Origin: Setoptus koraiensis | Taxonomy: Eukaryota > Animalia > Arthropoda | Direction of reading: 5' to 3' | DNA: 64,000 nt | Assembly: GCA_048013815.1 (NCBI GenBank) | Contig: CM106586.1 | Location: forward strand, 17,856,001-17,920,000 | Part shown: piece after piece, positions 26,085-37,146 of the stretch | How the letters are laid out: each line of letters starts with the position of its first letter | Position numbering within the stretch: the stretch's first letter is position 1 | Translations under genes and position numbers: made by a program | The notes under the pieces: model-generated | Seen by the model: only the letters and a program-made list of their open reading frames with translations | Databases searched by the model: none | What the model was told of the DNA's origin: nothing

Positions 26085-29000
26085 GCAACAGGTGACTGGC
26101 GGCGACAAAGGGTTGAGCTACGAGCTGCATCCGGTCAGCGGCGAGCCCAACGACAATCTGCTGTACAAACAAATGGATTACGGCCAACCGCTGGGCATGG
26201 AGCACGCCACCAGCCAGCAAGAGCAGCAACAACAGCATCAACAACAACACCAACAACAACATCATCAACAGCAACAGGTGGCGCCCGCCGGCGCATACGC
26301 CGACAACAACAACGACTACAACAACAACAACAACAACAACGACTACAACAACAACAACAACAGGCAACGTGGCAAGCCCAAGGTGACCAGGTACAGGCAG
26401 CACTGGCCCGGCAACGTGCCGGCGCACTCAGGTGAGCACAACGAGGACAATGGCCAGTATAATCCGCACAGCGAACAGGTGCAATCCCATTACGACAAGC
26501 AACAATACACTAGCGACAACAGCAACAACAACAACCGCGACCAGTCCGGACTCACCTATCCCGCCTACGAGCCGACCCGCGCCGGACCCAACGCGGCCAC
26601 CTCTAGCCCGGCGGCGGCGCACTCGCATTACCCGGCGGCAGCGCTATCGTCCACAACTTTGTCGTCTGGTACCGCTGGTACCCAACACACTAGATACCCA
26701 ATGTCGCCCATGGGCAACAGGTACCGCGCAACTAACAAGTACAGGCACTTGCATCAGGCAACCACCAAATCAATGATGGGCGGCCGAAAGGTGTCCGACA
26801 TCATGCGACCGCTCATACGCACCACGCCCGTTCCGCTCACGTCGCCCATTCATGTGCCAAGCGTCGAGCCGGAGAAAGTGGACGCCATACAGCTCATTGC
26901 GGGCGGCGCAGACAGCAAGCGCCCTCTGGTGGTGGAACCCCATCAACTTGTGAATCATTCGCCCGACGGAGGCATCGATTACAACAGCGGAATGCCCACC
27001 ACGCCCCTCATGGCTACCAGCCAACAACAGCAACAACAGCAACAGCAGCAGCAGCAACACGAGCAACAACAGCAACAACTGCACGAACAACATCAGCATC
27101 AACAACACGAACAACAGCAACAACACCAGCACGAACAGCAACAGCAACAACAGCAACAACAACACGAACAGCACCAGCAACAACAGCAACAACAACATGA
27201 GCTAGATCAGCAGAATTTCATTGGCGCCCACAACGAGCTGAGTCAGAACAGCGTCATGGACAACAACGGCGCCATCATCGAGTACGTGGCCATGTCGCCC
27301 ATCAACGGGGGCCCCGAGGGCCACCACTCAATGATACTAAATCACGGCCACCAGCAGCAGCAGCAGCACGAGGTGCACGTCGAGGGCCTGCCCGAGCTCA
27401 GCTCCATAATTGGGCACGAGCTTGCGAGCGGCGCGGCGGTCAAGGCGCTGACCAAGGGCACCCCGGACGACGGTCAACAGCACAGCGGCAACCAGCAGCA
27501 GCAGGTGCAGTACATCTACGAGTACCCGACGACAGGTGCGGCGGGTGGCATGATGGTGAGCGGCGTCGGTCAGCAGCAGTACCCCGAAAGCGGAAGTCAG
27601 CAACAACAGCAGCAACAGCAGCTGGGGCAGGCCAGTCAGGCGCCGGCAAGCCACTACAGCTCCACCACCATACAAATGATTGAACCACCCAGACTGGTGA
27701 CCGAGGCGCCCCTTCTGGGCACGACCAACTACCAGGCGGAAGTAATGGGCACCACACAGCAGCAACAGCAGCAGCACAACGAGGAAAAGGAGCCGGCCGC
27801 CAGGCGGTGGCGCACCAAGGCAGGCGGAAGTCAGCCAAATCCAGGTGAGTTGCAGCTACGGCTCGGCGGCAGTAGTTACACAATTCATTTTACATGTTAC
27901 AGTTGTTATTTTCGCTTTCATTTCGCTCGCTTAACGTGAAATGAAAGTGATCTAATTATTGCGATAATAGAGTTAGCGTAATGGCCGAGGCAAGCGCAAC
28001 AACAATTAGCGGCGTCCTGTCGCGCCGCCTAGCCGCCGTTAAGTGGACATTAGGTGGACCATGGGCAGTGGCGCCGCTTGGCCATATCGCACACTACATA
28101 CATTGCGTAATGATGATGAGCATTTCCTCGTCTTGTGTCCGTGTCGCTCGTTGGCCCGCCGCGCCGTGTGTATCGATTGAGCGGGCCGGCTCCGTATTGG
28201 CCGCTCGGTATTGGCCGCTCGAGTTGGCCGCTCGAGTTGGCCGCTCGAGTTGGCGAGAGCGGCGAGAATGGCAAAATGGCGAGAATGGCGCAAATAGCGA
28301 GAATGGCGAGAATAGCGAGAATAGCGAGAATAGCGAGAAAGAGTAAATGTCCGATCGCGAGATCGTGACCGGTTCCCGTCGCGCCGCCGTTTGTTGCGGC
28401 CACCGAGGCAATTATTATGCAATCGACCAATCTATTCCATTAGCGCGTCGGGCTGCGTGCGGGCCGGCCGATGTGCGGCAACACGGCGCAGTTGCGCACA
28501 CAGTTACGTAAGGTACGGGCCACAAGTTGCGACCGGCTAGGTGACGGGTCTGGCCGACGGCGCCGATTGGTGGTGCGCGATTCATTAATGACAGCGCAGT
28601 CATTAACAGATAGCGCCGGCACAACGAGTTGGCGCAAAGTGATTTATACGATGGCGACTCAAAGTGGCCAAATTGATTAGCTTTCCATGTGGCCCGTCAG
28701 CGCGGCCCTTCGAATGCGAAGTTTGGATGGTCTTCGGCGGCCGATCGGGCCCGATTTGTCATTTGATCATCGACGGGCCGGCGTCGGCATGTGCGAGCGC
28801 CGGCGAAATGCGCCGCGTCCGGCGCCGATCGCTTTCGAAGCCGACCGTTTTCGAAGCCGACCGCTTGCGAAGCCGACCGCTTTCGAAGCCGCCACCTGTC
28901 GCGCCGGCCGGATATCCACTCATTGCATGCGAGCAAGTGCAGCCGGCTGGGCACGATTTGTTCATGTGTCAGCTCGGCACTTGGCCGACGAGACCGGCCC

Positions 29001-32000
29001 GACGCAGCGGCTAATGAGGCACGGCTTCGGCCGGCACTGACTTTCGCGCCATTCCGACCAATACCGAGACGCTCACTCAATGTGGCTGGCACTGCATTGC
29101 AGAGGCAACCGCGGACGATGAAAACATTTTCGATCAAATGATTCTCATGATGATCCCGCCGATATTAAATGGATGTCGGCGGTGATTTGTCATAATTAAC
29201 GTCAGCCACTGGCATGTGTGTAGGTCGCCGTGAATCTATTAGCAAAATCTGTTGCGCAACAGTGTCCGGCAAGTGTCCACTAATGATGCCCACGGACGCA
29301 CGGCTGGCGAGACACGGCCAAAATGCTATCTGTGATTTTATTTTATCGCGCGGCCATCGTGATGCCGTTGAGCGTCATACATTTGCGGCGGCCGCGAACA
29401 CACACGAAAATGGCCAACTGGTCAGCGACTTGTTGCTAACAAGCAGTTCGGCGGCTCGGCGGCTGCCATTTGCGGCCGCGGCGCAATCGAGAGTCGCCGC
29501 GGAGAAGCGGCCGGGCTGCCCGAGCGAGAGGCTGAGCTGGTCTCGTTAGAAGCGAGCGCGCGAGCCAGCGAAAAATGGATAAAACGGATAAAATGGATAA
29601 AACGGCCGAAATGGATAAAACGGCCGAAATGCGCACCGAGAAACTACATTTCAGCACACCGCCAATCAGCGGCCACAACGACAGGTCGTGATTGGCGAGA
29701 CCGGCCTGATGAGATTCTGATGATGCCGGCGAGAGCGACACGGCGCAGCCATCGTGATGATTCTGTCGCTCGATGGCCGGCCATTCCGGTTGGCCCTTTC
29801 GCCGCCGCCGCCGCTGTCCACTTATCCGTTTGTTTGTTTACGCTCGCTCGTTCGCTTGTGTATCCGTCGCCGCTGCGGCCGCCACAGTCCGGCCGGCTGC
29901 CAGAGTCCGGCCGGTGACGGATAAATGGCGGCTGCCGCGCCGGCCAGTGCCTTACCCGGCGTGTCGCATGCCAGATGCACGGCAAATTGCAGATTTGTTG
30001 CGAGTGCGAGCGCGATGATCCGTCGAGCCGCGGCTCGCTCACTGATCCGGCCGGCGACGACGTTGCGCAACAGAGAAAACCAAAGAAAGCGACCGGACAA
30101 CAGGCCAACAGGTGAGAGGCCGGCAAGCGAGTAACGGACGCGACCGAGCGGCGAGCGAACGGCGAGCGAACGGGCGAGCGGCTTCTTCGGGCCGCCGATG
30201 ATAACGCCGATGATAACGCCGATGATAACGAGATAACTGGCCAGAGTTCATTGTTCGGCGCGGAGCGTCGGTGGCCTCGCGGACGGGCCGATCCGAGTGC
30301 GAGATGCCAATTAGACGGCGCAAGTTTATTTCATGGCCATTGTTCGTACTTGGAACGGGCCGGCCGGCTATATCGGCACACCATCTATTGGCTGCGGCCA
30401 CAGCGGCGGCGCCGGCCAGCGGTGATTATCCGCGGATAAAGAATTGTTCATTGTTGTCGACTTATTTCTGTTTTTATTTTTGCTCGTCTCGGCCGTCTCT
30501 CATCGGTTCGTTGTTGTGCGAGCCATTGTGAGAGTTGTCTCATAAATTGAATACGACCATCAGCTAATTAATGCTGCCCAGTCTGGCTGTTATCGATTGC
30601 CCATTAATGATCTGGCTTTGTTTGTCAAACAACGACAGCAACAACAACAATAATAATAATAATAATAACAACAGCAACAATAATAACAACAACGATAATA
30701 ATGATATTAACAATACCGTCTACGAATTTTTATCTCTGTCGGTCATCGGCTCGCTCGCAGACGCTCAATACGACGGACAAATAGTAAGAAGCCCCCAGCC
30801 TCAAGAGGACGCTCACCAAACGCAGGCCAACAATCAGGACGAGCAATCGGCGGCCAACAGCCACCACAATCAGTTGCAACAACAATACCTGGACGAGCAA
30901 AACTCTTACACGAAACAAATGCAAAATATCGAGCTCGAGAGAATTCCGTCAAGGTTGCAAGACGAGCAACAGCAACAGCAAGCGAGATACAATCTCCAGG
31001 AGGACAGTGTTAATTACATGCCCACCACTAACGGCGCGCAACAGTACAGCTCGCCGGCTGGCAACAGCGACAACGATGTCACCTCCACAAGGACGCCCGC
31101 CGGCTACATGACCACCACTGACCAGCAGCACCACGAGCAACAGCAACAACAGCACCACGAGCAACAGCAGCAGCAGCAACACCACGAGCAGCAACAACGA
31201 CAACAGGACGCGGCTCTGGCCAAGGCCAACATGGATTCCTATCGGCAGCACATGACTAGTGAGAACGGCGAGTCCCAGACTCAACAAATTGCTGACCAGC
31301 AGCAGCAGCAGCAAGAGCAACAACAGCACCAACAGCAGCAGCAGTCCACCCAGCAACCGGAAGCGCCCTCGTACAACTACATACAGTTGGACGACAAGCA
31401 GCAGCAGCAGCATCTGCTGCAGCACTTGCAGCAGCACCGTGAACAAATGGCCCAAACTCCGGCCGGCATGACGGGCCGGCCCGATCAGCAGCAGCAGCCG
31501 CAACCCGCCTACATGGTGGACGATTCCGACTCGAGGCCGTCCGTTCAATCGTCGCCCGAGTCCATGACGGAGGCCATGATTTTGGACCAGCAGTCGCTCA
31601 TGAATCCGTCCGACTCTATTCAAGGCACCGAGTACAATATGGCCGGCGACGACTCGGCGCCCGCATCGCAGCAGTCCAACAAGTTGCCGACGGGCGCAAC
31701 AGCAAAACAGCAGCAGCAGCAGCAACAACAACAACCACTGCACACTGACAATCAACAACAGTCCGGCGTGTACTCGATTTATCAGGCTTATTACGCCCCA
31801 AAAGGTAAGCGGTAGTTACGTCATAATGTCATTGTCGTGGCAAATTGATAATGCACACACACACACACACTCACAGTCGGCATCGCACAACAGATTATAT
31901 CACGATAATGACAACGTTTCCTCTTTTTATTATCCGCATCTTCCGTTTCTTTCTCGCTGTCTGCTGTCCGACGAATTTCCGTCCGGCCAATTTCCGTCCA

Positions 32001-32686
32001 ACAAATTTCATTTGGCCAACAAAGATCACAAGCCTCTGCCTGGTTATGTGAGACTGTCCATTGATGAATTTCATGATTTGTTTCGTGACGCCGAAATACA
32101 ATACGTAGACAATCAGGGAGGCACCATATCGGCTAACCACCACCACCAGCAACAGCAACAAGCATCGCCGGCAGCAACTCTGACCACCAAGTCAACAGCA
32201 GCGCAAAACGACAACAACAACAACGAACAACAACAACAACAACAACAAGATTCCGATTATGTACAGCATGCCATGGCCGATCCCATGAAAGCCGCAGCCT
32301 CCTCTATTGTGGTGGACAGACGCTCAATAATTGGCAGCTTGGCGTCGTCCATGTCGTCGCAACAATCGTCGCAACCAAAAGAGAACATGATTATCTCGGT
32401 TAGGAGCTCGCCAGAGAAGGCAGATTTACGAGCCGAGGCCTCTGAGCCGGTGCCCAAAGTCACCCTGCTGAGTGCAAACAAAGTGGCCAGACAAAGTGGC
32501 GCGTCTTCGACGACGACGACGACGACGACCCAGAAAAAGACTAGATTTACGCGCACAAATGAGGCATCGTTGGGGGAAAACCCGAAAAAGGTAGCCCAGC
32601 CAAAATCAGCAACAGGCGCCAACAGCGAATCCAAACTACAGGCCAAATCCGACACTAAATCGTCAGAAGTGACCAAAAAGTCTTGA
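23428..32686 (+). CDS. Giant (~2040 aa) Q/H/N-rich low-complexity protein, probably secreted; model join(23428..27844,30761..31804,32025..32686)
   Basis: Three long ORFs on the same strand join in frame through phase-1 GT-AG introns: CCAG|gtgagt at 27845 to cgcag|AC at 30761, and AAAG|gtaagc at 31805 to caaag|AT at 32025. Total 6123 nt = 2041 codons. The second junction rebuilds a contiguous non-repetitive motif (YQAYYAPK-DHKPLPGYVRLSIDEFHDLFRDAEIQY). N-terminal hydrophobic stretches (WPVALPLLLVSLLAPLAC; LLIIQMGLPALLVGAGL). True start Met uncertain (23428 or 23719). Confidence 0.8.
28196..28340. repeat. Adjacent 13-bp (TTGGCCGCTCGAG) and 9-bp (GCGAGAATR) tandem arrays in the intron
   Basis: Direct reading. 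Confidence 0.85.
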
Positions 32687-33714
32687 TGCAACGACAATTT
32701 TCATTGAGAATCCGATGAACATAATCAATGTATAATCAAATTCAAATGTAACTCGTGTCACGCGGCACAATGCATATCATTATTATTATATGCGTAACAA
32801 TAGGACAATTGACAGTAGATGGTCCGTCCGAGCGGCACTCTCGTCACTGTAAATACATTGTAGCGAAACGGTCTAAACAAACGGTCATCTATAGATAGAC
32901 GCGAATTGATAGATGATTGTCGATTAGATTGATGCCCAAATTGAAAATCTCGCTTATTTTATTAATACATGTTAATTATTATTGTTAATGTTATTATACG
33001 GCAACACGCACCACAACAACTACTACTACTATTAATATTATTGTTATTATTAATATTATTGTTTATTATTATTATTGTTATTATTGTGGCTACTACAAAT
33101 AAAAACAGTTGTAAATTCTTTGGAGCCCCCTCGTTGCCGCATGGCGGCCATTATCATTATTATTATTATATCTGTTGCACATATCCGTTCCTATCTGCTG
33201 TATATATCTGCTACATGTAATTGTTGTTGATTGTTTATTTGCACTCTGGCGCTTGCCACTCAACCAGCGTCAATGTTGTTGCCATGTTCAAGACACACAA
33301 TAGCGACTGACATCCGAGCAGAGAAATATCCGAGCTTTATCTAGCCAGGCTGATCTAATCTGTGAGCTACATCTCTGCTGGTCTGCCAGTCTGTTTGCTG
33401 ATTGTGTTAATTGTTGTCGCTCGACACTTTTCAATCCACCGTCAACTTGTACAATGACAGTGATGTCACCAAAGTAGCTCTCGTCGATTCGGTGCCGGCC
33501 TCACACCACACTACTGCCACTACAATGTAGTAACTTCATCTAGCTCCGTCTAGATTGACTCAAGTCGAGTTGCGATAGATAACGAATGTCGCACTGGCAA
33601 GCTCGACGCCGCAATGAGCGCCTTGGATTAACTTGGATTGGGTTAATTAATTGGCGCGACGTAATCCCTCTATTAATCGCTGCGCTAATTAGTGTGTCAG
33701 CAGGCATGTGTCTA

Positions 33715-33751
33715 TATTGAATAGACTCTATTGAATAGAGTCTATTCAATA
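33715..33751. repeat. Perfect 18-bp-arm inverted repeat with 1-nt centre
   Basis: TATTGAATAGACTCTATT G AATAGAGTCTATTCAATA, built from tandem copies of a quasi-palindromic 14-mer; one further copy extends to 33760. Confidence 0.9.
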
Positions 33752-34609
33752 GAGTCTATTGGAGAGAAAGAGCGAGAGCAACAAACAATCGCTAATTAGC
33801 TCGCGCGCTTTTTTCTTTTTGAAAATCATGATCGCTATCAGCGGCGCTGCGCCAATGGCCACAGCGAGCGCACATAGACGCCGGAGAGGCGCCATGCGGC
33901 GTTCGCAAGTTAGCTTGACAAAGAACAGTTTTGTGGAACATGAGCATCAATGTTGTGTGTAACTGTGCACAGAAGCACGCACACGCTCACATATACACAG
34001 CAATGGGAGATGCAGTGTTTGCTAGTGCTGCTGCTGCTGCTCATGTGTGTACAGAGCGTCCCATTACATCTGTTCATGAGCGCCGTTATTAGATGGTGAT
34101 TTTATTTTGCCATCTCATATGCACCACAAAATATTGCTGCATTTTCCGTAGCTCTCCATTTATTTCCACTAGACAAATTGGATTATGATTTGTCGTGCAT
34201 ACAAACTATTATCGCTACTATCATATTATTTTATTATATTATTATGTTAATTATCAATTGACAATATTATTACACTATTGAGTAAGACATTGGCACGCTC
34301 CCTATTATTCCACGCCAATCAATAGTCCATTGAAGCAATTATTTGTCGCCCATAGATATTATATAATCCTGCACAACTCGCTCACTCACTCTATTATTAT
34401 TGCCGGACCCACAAGCCGCATGATGACGGACAAATGGATGGCTAAATGGATAACCTGATTGAACAGTAACATTAATATTATTCATATATGTTATATACAC
34501 ACAATAATCGGTTGCAGCTATTTATTTGCAAACGCCGACTTCCAATTAGGCACCACTTCCAATTAGCACATTAGGTGTGACACACGGCTACAACAACAAC
34601 AAAGCCAAC

Positions 34610-35869
34610 ATGACTTCTAATCCCCACTTTGTACCTCTCACACAACAGTTTGTGCATCTTATACTGCCGGATGGAAAAAATTTCGATTTGAACACAGCCG
34701 CATTAAATTTAAACGCCCATGCGGCCGTCCAACAACAACCGCACCACAACAACACCACCACAACCACCACCAACAACAACAACCACAACAACCACAACCT
34801 CCACCACAATCCATCACCACACCAACATCACCAACAACAACAACAACAGCCGACCCTCCATCATACCCCCCAGCCACAGCACCAGCCACAGCATCACCAC
34901 AACCACCACCAACAACACCAACACCAACATCACCCACAGCAGCACCACCACACCAACAACAACCATCACCACAACCACCATGCACAACAGCAGCATCACC
35001 CACAACAGCAGCCGCAACATCATCAAACTCATCACAACAATCATCATCACCACAATCAAAGCCACCATATCCAGCCACCAACGGGAGCAACAGCAGCAGC
35101 ACCCCATCAACACCATTTACCTAATCATCATCAATCGCCTACGTTGCACCATGGCAGCCAACAACATCAGCAACAACAACAACACAATATGGCGGTATTA
35201 ACTATGGCTCATCAACAGAGTCTCATGCACAATATCAACAATATCAATGGTAATCACCATCTATTGCATCATACGACAACACCATCTAATCATACTTCTA
35301 GTGTTACGCCAACAACATCTTCATCATCGTCTTCCTCCACAAGCAACAACCACCCTTCCAATGCATCCAATATAACCAATAATAACCACAATAGTAGTAG
35401 TAGTGGTGGCAGCCAAAGTAAAAATATTGTTCATAGCAGCGGCAGAAATAATAATAGTACTAATAATATGATTAACAACAACCAAGCCCACACCCATCAT
35501 CAAGCTAATAGTTACACCTTGTCACATCATCATCACAACCACAATGTTAACGGTACCAATCATCAACACATTAATAATAACAACAATAATGCTAATCTAA
35601 TAACTGCTACAAATACATCCTCATCCAATGGTACAAACCTGATTAGTAGCAATGGACACTCTAATAATAGCACTAATAACTCACCAACTAGGCGCTTGTA
35701 CGCTTGTCCGACATGTGGGAAACAATTTACTGAGAAATTTAATATGAAGCGCCATACACAGATACACTCGCAACAAAGAACTAAACACATTTGCAATGAA
35801 TGCTCCAAGAGCTTCGCCTGGAAAGATAATTTTATAAGACACAAAAAAGCAGCTCATGGCACGATGTGA
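34610..35869 (+). CDS. C2H2 zinc-finger protein: long Q/H/N/S low-complexity region plus two C-terminal fingers
   Basis: YACPTCGKQFTEKFNMKRHTQIH and HICNECSKSFAWKDNFIRHKKAAH. ATG at 34610 is in good arthropod context (GCCAACATG). Alternatively a terminal exon entered at TTAG|34575. Confidence 0.85.
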   Translation: MTSNPHFVPLTQQFVHLILPDGKNFDLNTAALNLNAHAAVQQQPHHNNTTTTTTNNNNHNNHNLHHNPSPHQHHQQQQQQPTLHHTPQPQHQPQHHHNHHQQHQHQHHPQQHHHTNNNHHHNHHAQQQHHPQQQPQHHQTHHNNHHHHNQSHHIQPPTGATAAAPHQHHLPNHHQSPTLHHGSQQHQQQQQHNMAVLTMAHQQSLMHNINNINGNHHLLHHTTTPSNHTSSVTPTTSSSSSSSTSNNHPSNASNITNNNHNSSSSGGSQSKNIVHSSGRNNNSTNNMINNNQAHTHHQANSYTLSHHHHNHNVNGTNHQHINNNNNNANLITATNTSSSNGTNLISSNGHSNNSTNNSPTRRLYACPTCGKQFTEKFNMKRHTQIHSQQRTKHICNECSKSFAWKDNFIRHKKAAHGTM

Positions 35870-37146
35870 CACAAAACACGCCTCAAGCATCTGGCTAACT
35901 GAGTCTAGAGCGCCTGAGATACTAACTAACGATTGTTCTACTCTAATCATCTATTCTTTTGTTTGTTATGGATCTAAGTCTAGATATTGTGTTAGTAACT
36001 TTCTATGATTTATTTGACACGAAGGCATATTTCGTATCAACCCAACCCAGCCCAGCCATAAGGGATCGCATACCATTATTAGTAGTATGCTGAATCATTC
36101 ATGACACAAGGGACCTGTACTCGAACACTACCAGGGATAGTCGTATCAGTTGATAGAAACTTCTCATTGGATTAATCATCAAGTTCCTGATAACAACTAC
36201 AACTCATTAGGGAGGCATGTTTGTGTGTATTATATGTCATCATCAAAAGGAAATAATACTTTTCATTGTCACGATAACTACATATCGGATAGCATCCGGG
36301 ATTCAGATTTGATATAATTAATGTTAACTAATGGCTGACACATTGTGAACAATGTGCTACAACTATATATATTTCTCTCGCATCTATCACAGATTACCTA
36401 TATCCATGTTCCTGAACCATGCCACACAAAACTACTAATACTACTACAACAACTACTGGGGTTCGGCACCGGAACTACTATTGTTCTAACTAAACATAGA
36501 GTGGAATATGCATTATACAGTGAGATTGTGTCCAAATATTATCGGAATGTCAAGATGTTGGCATGCACAACAACAAACTAGTTGCAAAATCAATCTTTTG
36601 CCGAACCGTAATTGCTGAACATTGGCATGGATTACTATAAAATGTATATATAATTATACATTAATACATACTACAAAACAATATTGTAAATATGTCGAGA
36701 GTCGTTTGTAACTGTAATCAATACTTTAGAGAAGGTGAGACTAGTTTATTACTTCTGCTATTTACAAATGTAAAAAATATTATTAGAAGGGATAAGCAAA
36801 CCCAACCCAATACAAATAAATGATTGTAGCTATCTCCATAACGGTGTTAGCTGAAAAGATTCGCATCGATGTCACTATTCTCTGCTCCTATTCCAAACTA
36901 AATAAACAAGCTAAGTGGTTAAAAATAGCTCGAAATGATATCAAATCTAAGTACAATGTCTACCTGTGGATAGACATTGTACATAGATTTGATACATTGA
37001 TTCGGTACATATGAACTTCACAATAACTACCGAGCTAAAGATTTGCATAGAAGTATTTGCGAAAGAAAAAATAAAGAAGGAAAGATTATATCAGAAATTC
37101 TAGCCGTTTCTGATAGTTTCCACTTCTTCACACTAGTTAATCAATT

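Noticed and set aside
1008-28340. Tandem arrays as possible CRISPR arrays
   Set aside because: Units are contiguous with no unique spacers, there are no cas genes, and the context is eukaryotic.
24208-31758. Long minus-strand poly-Leu/Val ORFs (24208..25248, 25867..26427, 30949..31758)
   Set aside because: Antisense shadows of CAG/CAA repeats in the plus-strand gene.
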